Of a stretch of DNA of 64,000 bases, positions 1-12,955 are shown in pieces (the stretch's first letter is position 1; the number at the start of each line of letters is the position of its first letter). The stretch is from Eledone cirrhosa (lineage: Eukaryota). Location: NCBI GenBank assembly GCA_964016885.1, contig OZ024744.1:71486001-71550000 (forward strand). Direction: 5' to 3'. Below the pieces are notes generated by a model that was not told where the DNA came from, searched no databases, and saw only the letters and a program-made list of their open reading frames with translations. The position numbers and the translations under genes are program-made.

Positions 1-734
1 GCATGTGTGTTTAAGGATGAGTGTATATGTGTGTGCTTGAATGTATTTGCTGGTGTCATCTGTGTATATGACTGAGAGAGTTTGTGCGTGTTATTTGTCT
101 GTGTATTTATGAATGTGTGTCATTCTAGATCTGTGTAAATGTGTGTGCGAGAGTGTGTATGCAAATGATAGAGGGTGGGAATGTATGGTTCTGTTCCTAT
201 GTATGTTTGTGTGTGTTGGTAATGCATGTGTCAGCTTTTATATGTGTGTGTGTATATGCATGTATGCCTGTTGGGATATGTGTTGTGTCTACGTGTGTAT
301 GTTAGTGTGTGTGTAATTTTACCAATGTGTTTGTGTGTGTGTGTGCTTGTTGCGTATTGTTAGAGACAGTGATTGTGTTGGGATAACTTCATGTGTATGT
401 TCGGATGTATATGTATTCACGTGTATGTGAGAGTGTATCGTACGGCCTATGTGTGAGTACATGCGTTACTAGTGTGTGTGCTTGTCTGTGATGGGGTGTG
501 TGAATTTATGGAATTTATGTGACTGTGTGTTGCACATGTGTCTTTACATGTGTGTGCTTGGTCTATGTGTGCATCTGTGTGTGTAGGAGTTTAAGTGTTA
601 TATTGTGCATGTATAGAAGTGTGTTAATATATCTGTGTATGGCGGCGTTCGTTGCCATGTGGTGTTGTGGATAGTGCATGTGTATTGTAGGAAGTAGGTG
701 GGGGATGAGTTGACAAAAGCAAAGGGGTGATGAA

Positions 735-1010
735 TCAAGGCTATTGGGAGTAAAGGTTTGGAGAGAGATGATGGAGTTCTGTTCCCATTGGGGCACGTGT
801 CTGTGCGTCCAGTGGAGGCACGTGTCTAAATCAGAGATGGTGTGTGGAATGTTTGGCGGGGTGAAAATGTCGGTGATTGGAGGCTGGTTGTCGAGTGAGA
901 TGTCTCAAAGATGTTCGTCAAATTTGTCCACCGCCGACGGTCAGCTTGGTCAATTTAGACGGTCTCATGTAAGATGTAGGCAATTTAAACATGAGTCTTC
1001 ATTGCAGCCA
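735..1010 (-). pseudogene. Degraded 3' end (GIY-YIG region) of a Penelope-like element; 1-735 is its CA-rich 3' UTR-like region
   Basis: Minus strand reads ...DKFDEHL*DISLDNQPP...WEQNSIISLQTFTPNSL, resembling the PLE GIY-YIG C-terminal RFxEHLRDI...EQxxIxxLxTxxPxGLN pattern. Confidence 0.55.
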
Positions 1011-1077
1011 TGCTAATATAATCTTAGACGATCATATTGAGCCAAGAACTTATTTTTAAAAAACTAGCATATGTTAA

Positions 1078-1255
1078 AACAATGAGACAAAGTAAGAGTG
1101 TATTTGAATACGTATAAAAATGGGAAAACTAATCGCTAGAAAAGCCGATAAAACAGCTAAATGTTGTCAAAGACAGTGATAAGAAACTTGCCTTAGAGGA
1201 CAGACATCAGCAGCCAGTGGTCAACAGATGGTGGGTGACAGCCAGATAAAATATA
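1078..1255. repeat. Dispersed repeat, probably PLE UTR-derived; other copies at 16100-16280, 16330-16473 (inverted) and 27085-27230
   Basis: Shared core cgctagaa.agccg.taaaacagctaaatg.tgtcaaagaca in several copies. Confidence 0.7.
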
Positions 1256-1511
1256 GAAAGGATTGAAAGAGGAGGGGACAAGCAGAAGAGTGCAGGCACA
1301 CAGAAGTGACTGGAAGGACATAAAGAAAGGCAATGTAGAAAATAAGTTTACACAAACACGTCTTCAACGTCATCAGCTCTCAAACCAGCAAAATGGAAAG
1401 AAGCAGGTGCCTATGCAAACCAGTCTCCCCTCTCCATGTTGTCCAAGGGAAAGGCAATGACCAGTGGCACCAGTGATGTCGCAACTCATTTCTGCAGATT
1501 AGTGAAATAAC

Positions 1512-1610
1512 GAGTTCAAGGACACAATGCATTGTCATGTCCAGGAATCGAACTCACAATCTCAGGATTGGGAATCTAACTCTCTAACCATTAAACTGCG
1601 CCCCTTCACA
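1512..1610 (-). mobile_element. tRNA-derived SINE, family 2 (5' part)
   Basis: Reverse complement: gtgaaggggcgcagtttaatggttagag (A box), gagttcgattcc (B box), ttgtgtccttga; similar to 14095-14215 and 14665-14773. Confidence 0.65.
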
Positions 1611-1811
1611 CATACACGGGCGTGTGCATCCCCGCACACCTGGACACATACATAATTCACAATGCTTACCGAACGAAGCGGAAGGGAACCACAGTTAAAT
1701 AAGACATAATTATATATATATATGACCTCTATATCACTAGAACTGTTTCACTCCTTTCAAATCATCTACTGACGTATTGTGTATTATTTAACTGTGGTTC
1801 CCTATATATAG

Positions 1812-1945
1812 GAAAAGAGTCGAAACGGCCGGAGCTCAGCCGCCGGGGTCCTGACTCTTCCTATTACTCACTCTACTACCCTAAGTATCGAGTACTCTGG
1901 TGCGTTATGGTTCACCTGGTTCCTTACCACACTTTCTTTGTTTCA
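1812..1945 (+). repeat. Short (TA)n-flanked repeat carrying the 3' half of a hammerhead; copies at 20548-20675, 21698-21750, 28094-28177, 51582-51782
   Basis: Shared gtcgaaacggc...gagctc.gccg.cggggtc...ctctacta...gagtact...gtgcgttatgg...ttccttaccaca. Confidence 0.75.
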
Positions 1946-1994
1946 TATATATATATATAATAATAAATGGAAACTATATTTATAAAACCATATT

Positions 1995-2059
1995 TATTTT
2001 ATTATATATATTTCAAGGGCAACCAAACCAATCTTGGTGCATTTTCATCAGATAAAATA
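1995..2059 (-). ncRNA. Type I hammerhead ribozyme motif
   Basis: Reverse complement: TATTTTAT CTGATGA [stem II gcaccaa...ttggttgc] GAAA TATATA TA ATAAAATA; 8-bp stem I, palindromic stem III. Confidence 0.7.
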
Positions 2060-3103
2060 CAAAATTTGTTTTATAAATAAAGACATACCCATGGAAATCA
2101 CACCTTAACGGTCAAAAATTTCGCTGGATAGTGGAAACTTATTAGGGGTAATTCAAAATTATGTGTGAATATGCAAATGAATGTATGAAAAATTGAAAAA
2201 AACAGCCGTTTATTTAAATTACGCTTGGGGAAGGATGAGAAGAAATAGAGAGCGAAAAAATTACTGTTATGAGATATATAGAGAGATAGAGAGAAGAAAG
2301 AAATTTAACAGAGGATGAACTCATGTAACGTAAATAAGTCTTAAGTTTATATTAATGTTACGTATATTTACTAAGTATTTTGTTGTTAGAATTCTAATAT
2401 AATACAATATAATTTTTACTTTTATAAATATATAGAAAAAATAGATATATAGAAAAAATAAATATATTTAAAAAATATAAGAAAATATATTGAAAAATAA
2501 ATTGAGAATGAATAGATATAAAGTAGAAATAGATAGAAAAATATAGATAGAAGAATAGATATATGAGTGGATATATGGGTATATCCTGTTATAGATAATT
2601 GTTTTAATAAGTTATGAGGGATACTGGTTTATATTTAGTGTAAGTAATTAAATTAACTGAGTTAATATGAATATTTATATGTTTTTAATATTTTAAATTG
2701 GGAAGATACTGGGAATCCCAATTTTGTTTATTTATTAGTTAGTATGAGACCATTTTGACGAAGATATGTGTTGAAAGATATATTTAGCCAGAATTATATA
2801 TTGGTTATAACTCTAATATTAAATAATTAAAAAATATTAAAAATTAAAAAAAATATAAAAAAATATAAAAAAATATAATATAAAAATACTAAAAGTTCTG
2901 GAAAAAATTCTTGAAAAAATTTCTGGAAAAAAAAAACAAACTTTTAAGAATCTCATAAGATACTAAAAAAAACCCTTTTAAAAAAAACGCCAAAATACTT
3001 AAACTTTTTAAAATGTTTAAAATTATTTAAAAATATTAAAAACATAAAAAAAAATCTATAAACAAAATAATTTTTAAAGAAATAAGTAATTTAAAAAAAA
3101 TAC

Positions 3104-3139
<36 letters not shown>

Positions 3140-3140
<1 letters not shown>

Positions 3141-3686
3141 AATGGAAAAAAATGAAACGAAATTTCATTTCTCACTCACTCTTAGTACGGCTGTTACTTA
3201 AATATAAGTATGTATACGTACATACATATATGTATACAGACGTACAGTAGTATGTATATATATATATACATACATGCACATATATATATATGTATATATG
3301 GATTTACCGAACATTTATTATAATGCTCGGTTTGTTTGTAAACAAACATCCCGAATTAAACCGTACAGTGTTTAGCAACCATCGTTGCCCTTTTTTCAAC
3401 ACTGGCAAAGGAACGATGTACTAGTTTCAAGCTTATTAGCTATCGTCAGCACTGTATACCTTCCTGCCAGATGATTGAACGTCTAAAAGTATTTACTTTC
3501 CTTATGCATATTAACGGCCGAGCAGCCTAATTTGCATATCGAGTGAGTTAATCGGCCGAGCGCACCGAAAACGATAAATGGAAAAAAATGAAACGAAATT
3601 TCATTTCTCACTCACTTTTAGTACGGCTGTTACTTAAATATAAGTATGTATACGTACACACATATATGTATACAGACGTACAGTAG

Positions 3687-3734
<48 letters not shown>

Positions 3735-3892
3735 CATGCACACATATAATTCGGGATGTTTGTTTACAAACAAACCGAGCATTATAATAAATGTTCGGTA
3801 AATCCATACGTACATATATATATGTGTGCATGTATGTATATATATACACACTACTGTACGTCTGTATACATATATGTATGTATGTATACATA

Positions 3893-3900
<8 letters not shown>
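3140..3900. mobile_element. Non-coding hammerhead-bearing element with direct (3140-3265 / 3575-3695) and inverted (about 3195-3355 / 3750-3896) duplications, flanked by (TA)n; related copy at 17440-17945
   Basis: Direct sequence comparison between copies. Confidence 0.7.
3412..3456 (-). ncRNA. Minimal type I hammerhead ribozyme
   Basis: Reverse complement: tacagtg CTGACGA t agct aata agct t GAAA ctag TA catcgtt. Confidence 0.75.
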
Positions 3901-3972
<72 letters not shown>

Positions 3973-4101
3973 TAGAAGGAATATTTAATTTGTTGGAAAC
4001 AAATATAAATGTTTATAACTGATTCAGAGCACTCGACAAATTTATGGAGTAAATATTCAATGATATTAAATAAATGGAAACTATATTTATAAAACCATAT
4101 T

Positions 4102-4164
4102 TATTCTATTATATATATTTCAAGGGTACCAAAAATCTTTTGTACGCTTTCATCAGATAAAATA
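4102..4164 (-). ncRNA. Type I hammerhead ribozyme (same family as 1995-2059 and the degraded 13088-13140)
   Basis: Reverse complement: tattttat CTGATGA aagcgtacaaaagatttttggtaccctt GAAA tatata TA atagaata. Confidence 0.75.
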
Positions 4165-5202
4165 CAAAGAGTGTTTTATAAATTTTGACATAGCCAAGGA
4201 TAATCATTCTTATCAGTTGAATATTCCCAGGGAGTTTTAATATTATTCAAAATATTAACAAATGAAGATATTCAAATAATCAAAATATATGCTTTATTAT
4301 ATATATTTCGAAGGATTAAATTTTAGTTATATTTACTCTCAAAAGTTTTATTTCGTTAATTTATATTTACTTCAGTAATTACAAATTATTAGTTTCCTTT
4401 TAAAGAAATTCTTATATTATTCAACTATATAATTTATGTCAAAAATTAAAATAACAAGCTATTCAAATTTAATTATGTCAAAAATTAAAATAACAAGCTA
4501 TTCAAATTTAATCCTGTAATTATACGATAATTAAAATTTGAAACGATTTTAAAAAGGTGATATATGCATGTATTTTAATATAGTTTTAATAATTATTTAA
4601 ATATGCTTTAAAGATAAATTTTTTAAAAGTTGTAACAAAATACTTATGGAATATATTACCTAAACCAGAAATTAAAATCTATAATGAGTTAAATTAAATT
4701 ATATAAATTTTTAATTAAATAAATATGTGACGGCTATGAAAAGTAATGTATATTGATTAATTTTGATATATTATATTAGTATAACCAAATACTAGAGGTA
4801 TTCAATGGTCTATGGTAATTGGTTGCCTCAATTGACCTAATATTTGAAAACAACGGTTTTTTTTTACTTATTTGCCTCCCATAATTTCTTTTGTCGTTAT
4901 TTCTTCTTTTTTCTTCTTTTTTATATATTTCTTAATCTATTTCACCCATCTATTTATTCATTTAAATATTTTATATATGTATTTTTTTAATTTTTTCTCT
5001 TTCTTTTTCTTATTTTTTCTTGCATCTCCTCTTCTTTACACCCTCCCTTATATCTCTAATTCGCTGTACGTCCTTTTCTTCTTTAAGTTTATCATATTAT
5101 TATTTGTGGTATATAAATGTTGAGATTTGATGAAATAAATCACTGCCAATACTGGAATTGAAATATCAAGACCGTAGAGGTATGTCATATATCAAATCAT
5201 AT

Positions 5203-5268
5203 ATTTTATCTGACGAGGACTACTGGAACAAAAGCATCACAGTACCTTCGAAATATATATAATAAAGC
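5203..5268 (+). ncRNA. Type I hammerhead ribozyme
   Basis: ttttat CTGACGA ggactactg...cagtaccttc GAAA tatata TA ataaag. Confidence 0.7.
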
Positions 5269-5441
5269 ATGTGTTTTGATTATGTGAATATCTTCATTTG
5301 TTAATATTTTGAATAATATATATATATATATATATGAAGTAATTCCGTCGGAAAGGTTCAGGAAAAAAGAGTGCGCTATGTAGGTTACAGAGCTTAATAG
5401 TTATGTAATAAAATCCACATTCAATAAAAACACCAGGATTT

Positions 5442-5501
5442 TTTCATTCTGATGACTGAAAGCACATTTGTTTGCTTTCAAGAAACCACTGGTAAATGAA
5501 A
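5442..5501 (+). ncRNA. Type I hammerhead ribozyme (C10.1/A11.1 mismatch)
   Basis: tttcatt CTGATGA c tgaaagca catttgtt tgctttca a GAAA cca c tgg TA aatgaaa. Confidence 0.8.
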
Positions 5502-5572
5502 TAATTATCTTATGTTGTTTATTACAAAACTATATATATATATATATATATATTTATTAAAATAACAGATTA

Positions 5573-5624
5573 AAGTTTAAGCAAAGAATCGCTGCTTTCA
5601 CCCTTAACGGGATCTTCTGAAACT
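5573..5624 (-). ncRNA. Hammerhead motif with CAGAAGA core
   Basis: Reverse complement: agttt CAGAAGA t ccc gttaa ggg t GAAA gca gcgattctt tgc TT aaact. Confidence 0.65.
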
Positions 5625-6552
5625 AGCAAAGTCAATCTGTAAACGCAGAACTGGATATTTCAAAAAACGTTGCAACCGGAGGAAGACAGGAAGACGATAC
5701 TTTGGTTCGTGGTAACGTTCGCTGGCAAAGAACAGGAAAAAACGAATAATACGTCATTAATAGGAGCGGTGAAAAACAATTACGCGCAAAGACAAAACCA
5801 CGTTTATGGTATAAAAGAGGTCGTAGACTAATGTTCTCTTAAGTGGTGCATAGAGACGTTCTCTGGCAATGAACGAAAAAACGAAGATAATAAGTCATAT
5901 GTGGAGCGTGGAGAACAATAGCACGCAAAGACAAAACCACGTAAATGGTATAGCAGAAATCGTAGACTAAAATTCTAACTAGGAGACCAAATGAATCTCC
6001 GCTACAGAGTTAAGAACAAAGTAAATAAATACAATACAGAAGTAATAGAAACAAATAAATACATACACGCAAACAGATACGTACATACACAAGCATACGC
6101 AAAACCTTACCATGGGTATACTAAACCACGCACATATAAATATGTGTGTGTGTGTATGCTTGTGTACAAATAAATAAATAATTATATAAACGTATATAAG
6201 TAAATAAATACGTATATAACAAGCGCACACGCATACCTACATATAAATACACGAATGTTCGGAGACGTAAGTCAACTAAAACAAGAAGTACACATATACA
6301 CACACCCACCATACGTACGAACCTGCATACTCACGCGGACGCAAAACTCCCGTATACACATAGCCAAACCCTAAATACCAGAATATGTAAAAATTATACG
6401 CTATAACAGTCAAATATACGTACGAGAAGGTATACATACCTTCACAAAACATACGGGTAATATATACTTACCTATGAAAATAAGTAAAGGAATAAACAAA
6501 ACATATACTTAGCTCCCACATCAAGACGTAAAATATCCACGTATAGATCGTG

Positions 6553-7615
6553 CTATCCGTTAGGGTATAACGTGGGGCTGTAATACAGGAAAGTTTTGTG
6601 CAATTTATGTTTACAAGCCGAAATTACCTCAGAGTTTTTGTTTAAGATGTGGTCTGTAGCGTAGAGTATTTCCAGGGCCTCAGCGGCGCAGAGGTCACAT
6701 GGTCTTTTATTTCCGTTATATGATCTAGCCCTAGCTAGGATCTCCCAGTGTAACTTATATTGGGTGTGGTTGTCTTTTAGACTCCAAATATAAGCTGAAA
6801 GTAACGTCATATTCCTTCTTAGAGGGTAACGAAAAGAATGAGTATGCATGTAAAGACGCTGCTTGAAACTATTGGCGGTTAACCCTATGTAGGCCCTACG
6901 GGACGTGGGTGTTACAACCTTACATTTGTAGACAATGTTACTAGAGAGGCATTTCCCGGATAGGGGGCAATCAGCCCGATTCCTACAATTACAGTTAGTA
7001 CTAACTACAGGGTTGCACGTGTTCCTACGGCTAGGTAGTTTAGCTAAATTTGAAGCTATGATGTTATGTGCAAGGTTAGGAGTCGTAGAGTAAGAAATTT
7101 TAATAGTATTTCTATTAAAAATGTTACTATATTTATGTGTAGGGGGAAAATGCTTCGTAATAAGGGAAAGAAAGATCTTAGCTAATGGTGTGGCCACCTC
7201 CATATTATATGGTGGGTTAAACCAACAAATGCGACGGGATCTATTTCTTCTAGGTCTATTTTCGTACTCTGTATATGCTACCTTATCGACAAATCCACTT
7301 CGAGCAAGAGCTTCATTGTAATAAGTGGAATGGTCGTTGAAAATGCGCTCGTTGGTGGAAAGACGGGAAAGCCTCAACGAAACGTTTCTTACCAGGTTCT
7401 TTATTATGCTGGCAGGATGGTTGGAATGCTTACTTATGTAATTAACCGTATCATTTGGCTTTCTATACGGGTAATACAACCCATTCAATAAATTGAGGGT
7501 AACGTCGAGGTAATTAACGACCGAGAGACTGGCCTCAACCTGTATAGAGAGGTTGAAGCCTTTAAAGAAGGCTGTGAGTTCTTTTCTGAACCTGTCGCAA
7601 GCACGAGGTCCGCAC
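6553..7615 (-). CDS. PLE (Naiad-type) RT C-terminus, Zn-knuckle and GIY-YIG endonuclease; partial, frame stays open upstream of 7488
   Basis: VNYLDVTLNL, YYPYRKPN, SNHP, WFNPPY, CNCR...CPLSGKCL, IVY..YIGLT..FKQR, CDLC motifs. Confidence 0.9.
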
Positions 7616-7718
7616 TTTGCTCTACGGTTCTTATATATTTGATATATACTTTCCTTATATGATATATACTTTCCTTATCGAGCCCTCTATGGATTTTAGT
7701 CTTCAATTTTATTATTAT

Positions 7719-7792
<74 letters not shown>

Positions 7793-8000
7793 TTATAGGT
7801 AATCCACTTAGAGGTAGTCCAGTTAGAGTACTCCGTGTTGTGGATGGTTTTAACGTGTGGCTTAGTTTCACTAAACAAGACGCTTCCATAGTGATGCAGC
7901 TAGTTCGCGGTAATTTCTATGTAGTTTATACTTGGAGTAATAATAATTAAAGAAAGAAGAGTAACATGGTTGTCTGTACAATAAGGGCTTTATTCACAGT

Positions 8001-8107
8001 GCTGACAATTGTTTCGTTGATCTGGTAGGTCTAGAACTCGCTAATCGCTTGATGTTGCGTCAATCGATCTCCAATATTTTGTTTACAACCAGTCAATACA
8101 TCAGAGC
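8001..8107 (-). ncRNA. Hammerhead-like motif with very long stem II and altered core
   Basis: Reverse complement: gct CTGATGTA ttgactggt...accagatcaac GAAA caattg TC agc. Confidence 0.5.
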
Positions 8108-9380
8108 GAATGGATATGAGAATAATACGCAAGGCATGGCTTTTATACAAGAGTGGTGTTAGACCAGAACAATAACATCAGTAACAAAATATCTAGATAG
8201 TGAGTAATTAAAACAATAACATCAATACTAGTAAGAAATAGAATATAATGACAAAACAAGCATGGTAAACAAACAGAGATGATACAAATGTATGAAGTGA
8301 CATGCGAAATCTACCATAGGGTACATTAAAAGTAGTAGTAAAGAGATGAATTAACGTAGATGAAGGGATAAATAATAAAATGTACTTAGAGTCAGATTTT
8401 GGAATCTACACTTTAAGTGCAATTATGAGAGATTTAGATACAAATGAGCTGTGGGTCTGAAACACGACCAACAATAAAACGGAGATTGAGTTATGGTTTG
8501 ACAGATAAGTGCTTGTAGTAGGTATTTTCTCCTGTTGTATCAACTTAGTGAGATTGATGGAGGAAGTGTATAGAGATTTATGATTCTATGGTAGCTGGTA
8601 TTAAGTGAAATTGTGGATTCAGTATGTTAAGGTTTAGGTGGTTTATTCTAAATTTTGGGATTGCTAGTTCGAATCATGGGGGTTTAGTTTTCACAACATC
8701 AATAACAAAATAGCGTATAATTAAGACAATAACATCAACAATAAAACATGCATGGTAAATATATAGAGAACATGATGAATAAAATTAGGGATAGGGTACA
8801 TTGAGATGATAATAATAATAATAAGAAGAAAATAAGAGTTTCAAAGGAGTGTAAGAGTAATAAGATAATGTACTTAGAATTAAGTTCATGGGTCCTAATA
8901 TGAGATATGTAGATATAATTGTGTGGTCCGAAAGAATAAACAACAGCAAAGACGAACTGGTCGTGTTTCAGACCCACAGCTCATTTGTATCTAAATCTCT
9001 CATAATTGCACTTAAAGTGTAGATTTCAAAATCTGACTAAAAAAAGTACATTTTATTATTTATCCCTTCATCTACGTTAATTCATCCCTTTATTACTACT
9101 TTTAATGTACCCTATGGTAGATTTCGCATGTCACTTCATACATTTGTATCATCTCTATTTGTTTACCATGCTTGTTTTGTCATTATGTTCTATTTCTTAC
9201 TAGTATTGATGTTATTGTTTTAATTACTCGCTATCTAGATATTTTGTTACTGATGTTATTATTCTGGTCTAACACCACTCTTGTATAAAAGCCATGCCTT
9301 GCATATTATTCTCATATCCATTCGCTCTGATGTATTGACTGGTTGTAAACAAAGTATTGGAGATCGATTGACGCAACATC
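8053..9380. repeat. About 420-bp inverted repeat (8053-8470 / 8958-9380), PLE pLTR-like; right arm ends where the Tx1-like LINE begins
   Basis: Arms are near-identical reverse complements. Confidence 0.85.
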
Positions 9381-11752
9381 GGCGACCCGGGAAGGGCTAT
9401 GGATTTCGATCCATACCTCGACGACCTACCGCGACTCTCGGACAGCAAGGCCAAGTTCTGCGAAAGGCCGATTTCAGCCGCTGAGATAGGGGACGCGCTG
9501 AGCCAATGCGGCAAACGCAAATCTCCAGGTCTCGACGGTCTACCCTACGAATTTTACGGCAATGCCAGACTTGATCCCCGGTCTCCTGGAAGCGGTCAAC
9601 TGCAGCTGGCAGCAGAACGGGAGAATTCCTAGTTCTGTGACCAGGGGCGTAGTCACACTAGTCAGGAAGGACGAGAATAAGGGGGATGACATAGGCAACT
9701 TCCGGCCCATAACTCTGCTAAACACAGAGTTACAGATTTTGGCCAAGGTGTTGGCAAAGAGGCTGGCGCTTGTCGAAAACCTGGTGGGAGAAGCGCTGAC
9801 ATGCGCAATCCCGACCAGGTCGATACACGAAAACCTCCACCTCATGCGATACATCGTAGAGAGGGCGTGGTGTAAACCCAGCTTCGGTGGGGCCCTGATC
9901 AACTTGGATCAGTCTAAGGCTTTCGATAGGGTTGACCATCGTTACCTGGATACGGTGCTCGAGGCGGCAGGATTCGGACCCGTGTTCAGGGGCTGGATTG
10001 CTGCAATGCATAACGGCAACATCTACTCAAGGGTCAAGGTGAACGGATACCTCTCGGAGCCGTTCCATATCATGCGATCCATCCGACAGGGATGCCCTCT
10101 CTCCTCCCTTCTGTACGTACTGACTCTCGAGCAACTATTGCGGAAGTTGGAGCTATTGCAGGGCATCCCTCTAGAACCGGGACTGCGGAAAGCGGCGTCG
10201 GCCTACGCCGACGACGTAACAGTAATGGTGTCGAGCACCTCGCACATCGAGGAAGTCGGCACCTTACTGAAGGAATACGAAAGTTTCACAGGAGCGAAGC
10301 TGAACTGGGACAAGTCCATCGGTTTGCAACTCGGATCGTGGAGAGCCAAACCGATGCCTTCCGATGGCGTCATCGGACGCTGGACGGAAGGACCGGTGAA
10401 GCTGCTCGGGGTCTAGTTTGGTCCGGACCTCCAGGTGGAGAAGAACTGGTACGAGGTGACGGCAAACTATCCTTGAAAGGTCGAGCGGAGGTGGCGAACA
10501 CTTTTATAGCGTCCGTCATCTACTACTGCTTGACCGTCGTGCCTTGTCCGTATTGCCTTGTCACCAAAATGAAGCGCGCGCTCTTCCAATTCCTTTGGAG
10601 GAAGCGGGCTCCTTTGGTGAGAAGATCCATCTGCTGCCAACACCCTTCCAACGGAGGGCTGGGGATGCCGTGGCTAACGATGCACAAACACGCGCTGGGG
10701 CTGCGGCAACAGGCTGTGGGCCCCGTTCGCGAGGCGAGCCTTCCCACGACTCGTCTCGCTGACCGATCTGCAGTCCTGGATCAAGCAAAGACCGAGGAAA
10801 ATGGGCGACTGGCACATCGAATGTGCTCAGGCGCTCACAGCCCTCTGGCAGGCGGACCCGGCGATCAGTGGAGACTCCACTTCATCATTCTATAGAGGGT
10901 TGATCCGCAGCAAGTGCGACGACGCGCTCGGAGAAACTCTAGGCGTGGAGGAAGACGAACTGGCCAGTCTGTTCGGTAGGACCTTCTGCCCGGGACCGAT
11001 GGACAACTTCCAAAAGTCCCTGGCCTGGCAGTGCTACCGAGGAGCTCTACCAGTTCGAGACAAGCTCTACAGACATGGGCGCCCGGGCAGGGACCCTTCG
11101 AAAAAGATCTGTCCGAGATGCGTGCGAGACGAAGAAACCGTCGCGCATGCATTCATACACTGCCCGAGCGTTACCGACCTGTGGGGCTATGTAGAACGAC
11201 TATTGTCGCGAGTGGAACCAGTCTAGTTGACCACCGAGTCCATTGTCATGATCAAACCGCCACCCTCCTTCAAAAACGAAGGAGAGGCGGTTTTCCTTTG
11301 TGTGATAGCTATGGCGAAAGAAGTTGTATGGTGGACGAGGTTAAAAGGGCTGAGGGCAGACACCTTTCTCTCCGGCCAACAACGGATTCTTTTTTTCAAA
11401 TACCACTTTGGAAGAAGAATCAGGATGGAGAGAGAGATGCTGTACCCCAGCAAGTTTTATGAAAGGTGGGTGAAAGTGGCGAGAATGGGCCTTCTCTCTA
11501 TATCAGCCTGTAGGTTGAGGAAAAAGAGGAAGAGAGGAAAGGGGTACAAACTCTTCGTACTCCTGGAGATGAGAGTTGCACATTTTTTCGGTGGTTTGTG
11601 TTACCCATATGAAATGTCTCCCCCTATTGGGGAAAATCGATTAACTTTTAAATTGTATTTGTGATAATATTTTACACGTTTTTATTGTATGTAAACTTCC
11701 CCCTTTGTATTTGTCCCCTTCTTTTGTGTCCCTGTGGCTAATAAAGAAACAT
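9381..11752 (+). mobile_element. 5'-truncated, disrupted Tx1/L1-clade LINE (RT plus C-terminal zinc finger)
   Basis: KSPGLDGLPYEFY, NFRPITLLN, LDQSKAFDRVDH, IRQGCPLS, YADD, GGLGMP, CPRC..EETVAHAFIHC; stops and frameshifts; tail ...gtggctaataaagaaa then (TA)n. Confidence 0.92.
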
Positions 11753-12049
11753 ATCTATATATATATATATATATTTACAAGTGCTATGTAAATATTACAG
11801 TGCAACTTTTAAAATATGTCCTTTTTTTTTTACTCTCTTTCTGTTGACCTGTAAATGTATCAACCACATCGATCTCATCATCTCGTCAGTCAACGAGAGC
11901 TTGCATAGATTATGGATGCGGCCTCTTTCTTCCTGACTAAATTGAAATAAATAAACAGGCATATAAGTTAAGGAAGCATATACGAACTAAAGTGACACAC
12001 ACGCACTAAAGAGTTATATTAAAACACTAAACATTATTTAAGTGCATTA

Positions 12050-12440
12050 TCCCTGCTTTGCAGTATATAATTACGTCCCTTTATGTTCTGAGTTCAAATT
12101 CCGCCAAGGTTAACTTTGCCTTTCATCCTTATGGAGTCGATAAAATAAAGTACCAGTAATGCACTGGAATAGTTGCTGGCCTTGTGCCAAAAGTAGAAAC
12201 ACTTATATACCCTCATGGTCGAGAAAGATTCGCAGTATCGGTAGAGCGTCGGACAAAATGCCTCGCGGTATTTAGTTACGAATTTCTGCGTTCCGATTTC
12301 ATACGCTCCCGAGGTCAACTTTGTCTTTCATCCCTCCAGGATCGATAAAATATAATACCAGTTAAGTACTAGTGTCGATGTAACCGACTTTACTCATCCT
12401 CCAAACTGCTAACCTTGTGCTAATGTTAGGTAGAATTATT
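12050..12440 (+). mobile_element. Two adjacent partial tRNA-derived SINEs, family 1
   Basis: gagttcaaat B box and ttgcctttcatcct...gtcgataaaata..gtaccag core. Confidence 0.75.
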
Positions 12441-12538
12441 AAATTACAGAAAACTTACACTTTCTCTCTCTCTTCCCACACACAGCCACTGACATACACT
12501 CGCACTGACACACACAGACGCACACACACACACTTACA

Positions 12539-12679
<141 letters not shown>

Positions 12680-12694
12680 TTATATATATATCAT

Positions 12695-12955
12695 AAATCA
12701 TGTCCTCAGAATTATTAGATAAAATATATACCATTTCCTCTCCCAATTAGCATAATTAACAATATAAAAAAATCAATTAGACCAGGCTATAAGAACAAAG
12801 GCTCCTATGAAGAAATATTTGATAAATAACCGAAAGCGGCCTCTTCGCGGTGGCCACAATAGAGTATTTACCCAACATTTCAACAGCATGTAGAAACTGA
12901 CTAAATATACCGTCAACCATACACAATTAGGTGTAAATTTAAACTTAGAAGAAAC
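12695..12955. repeat. Dispersed (TA)n-adjacent repeat; diverged copy at 30680-30935
   Basis: Shared gataaaatatatac..tttc.tctcccaat.agcataattaac...aaccatacacaattagg. Confidence 0.65.

Larger units (their letters stand above)
5550..7722 (-). mobile_element. 5'-truncated Naiad-type Penelope-like element with about 1 kb 3' UTR/pLTR, flanked by (TA)n
   Basis: RT-end plus GIY-YIG ORF; UTR 5550-6450 is homologous to 38366-39385 and holds a ~140-bp internal tandem duplication. Confidence 0.85.

Noticed and set aside
5690-5975. CRISPR-like spaced repeats (aaagacaaaaccacgt...tcgtagactaa)
   Set aside because: Whole ~140-bp units are duplicated, no unique spacers, eukaryotic pLTR context
12800-12860. 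tatgaaga...gaaagcgg hammerhead-like string (also near 30778)
   Set aside because: Core and stems too degenerate to support
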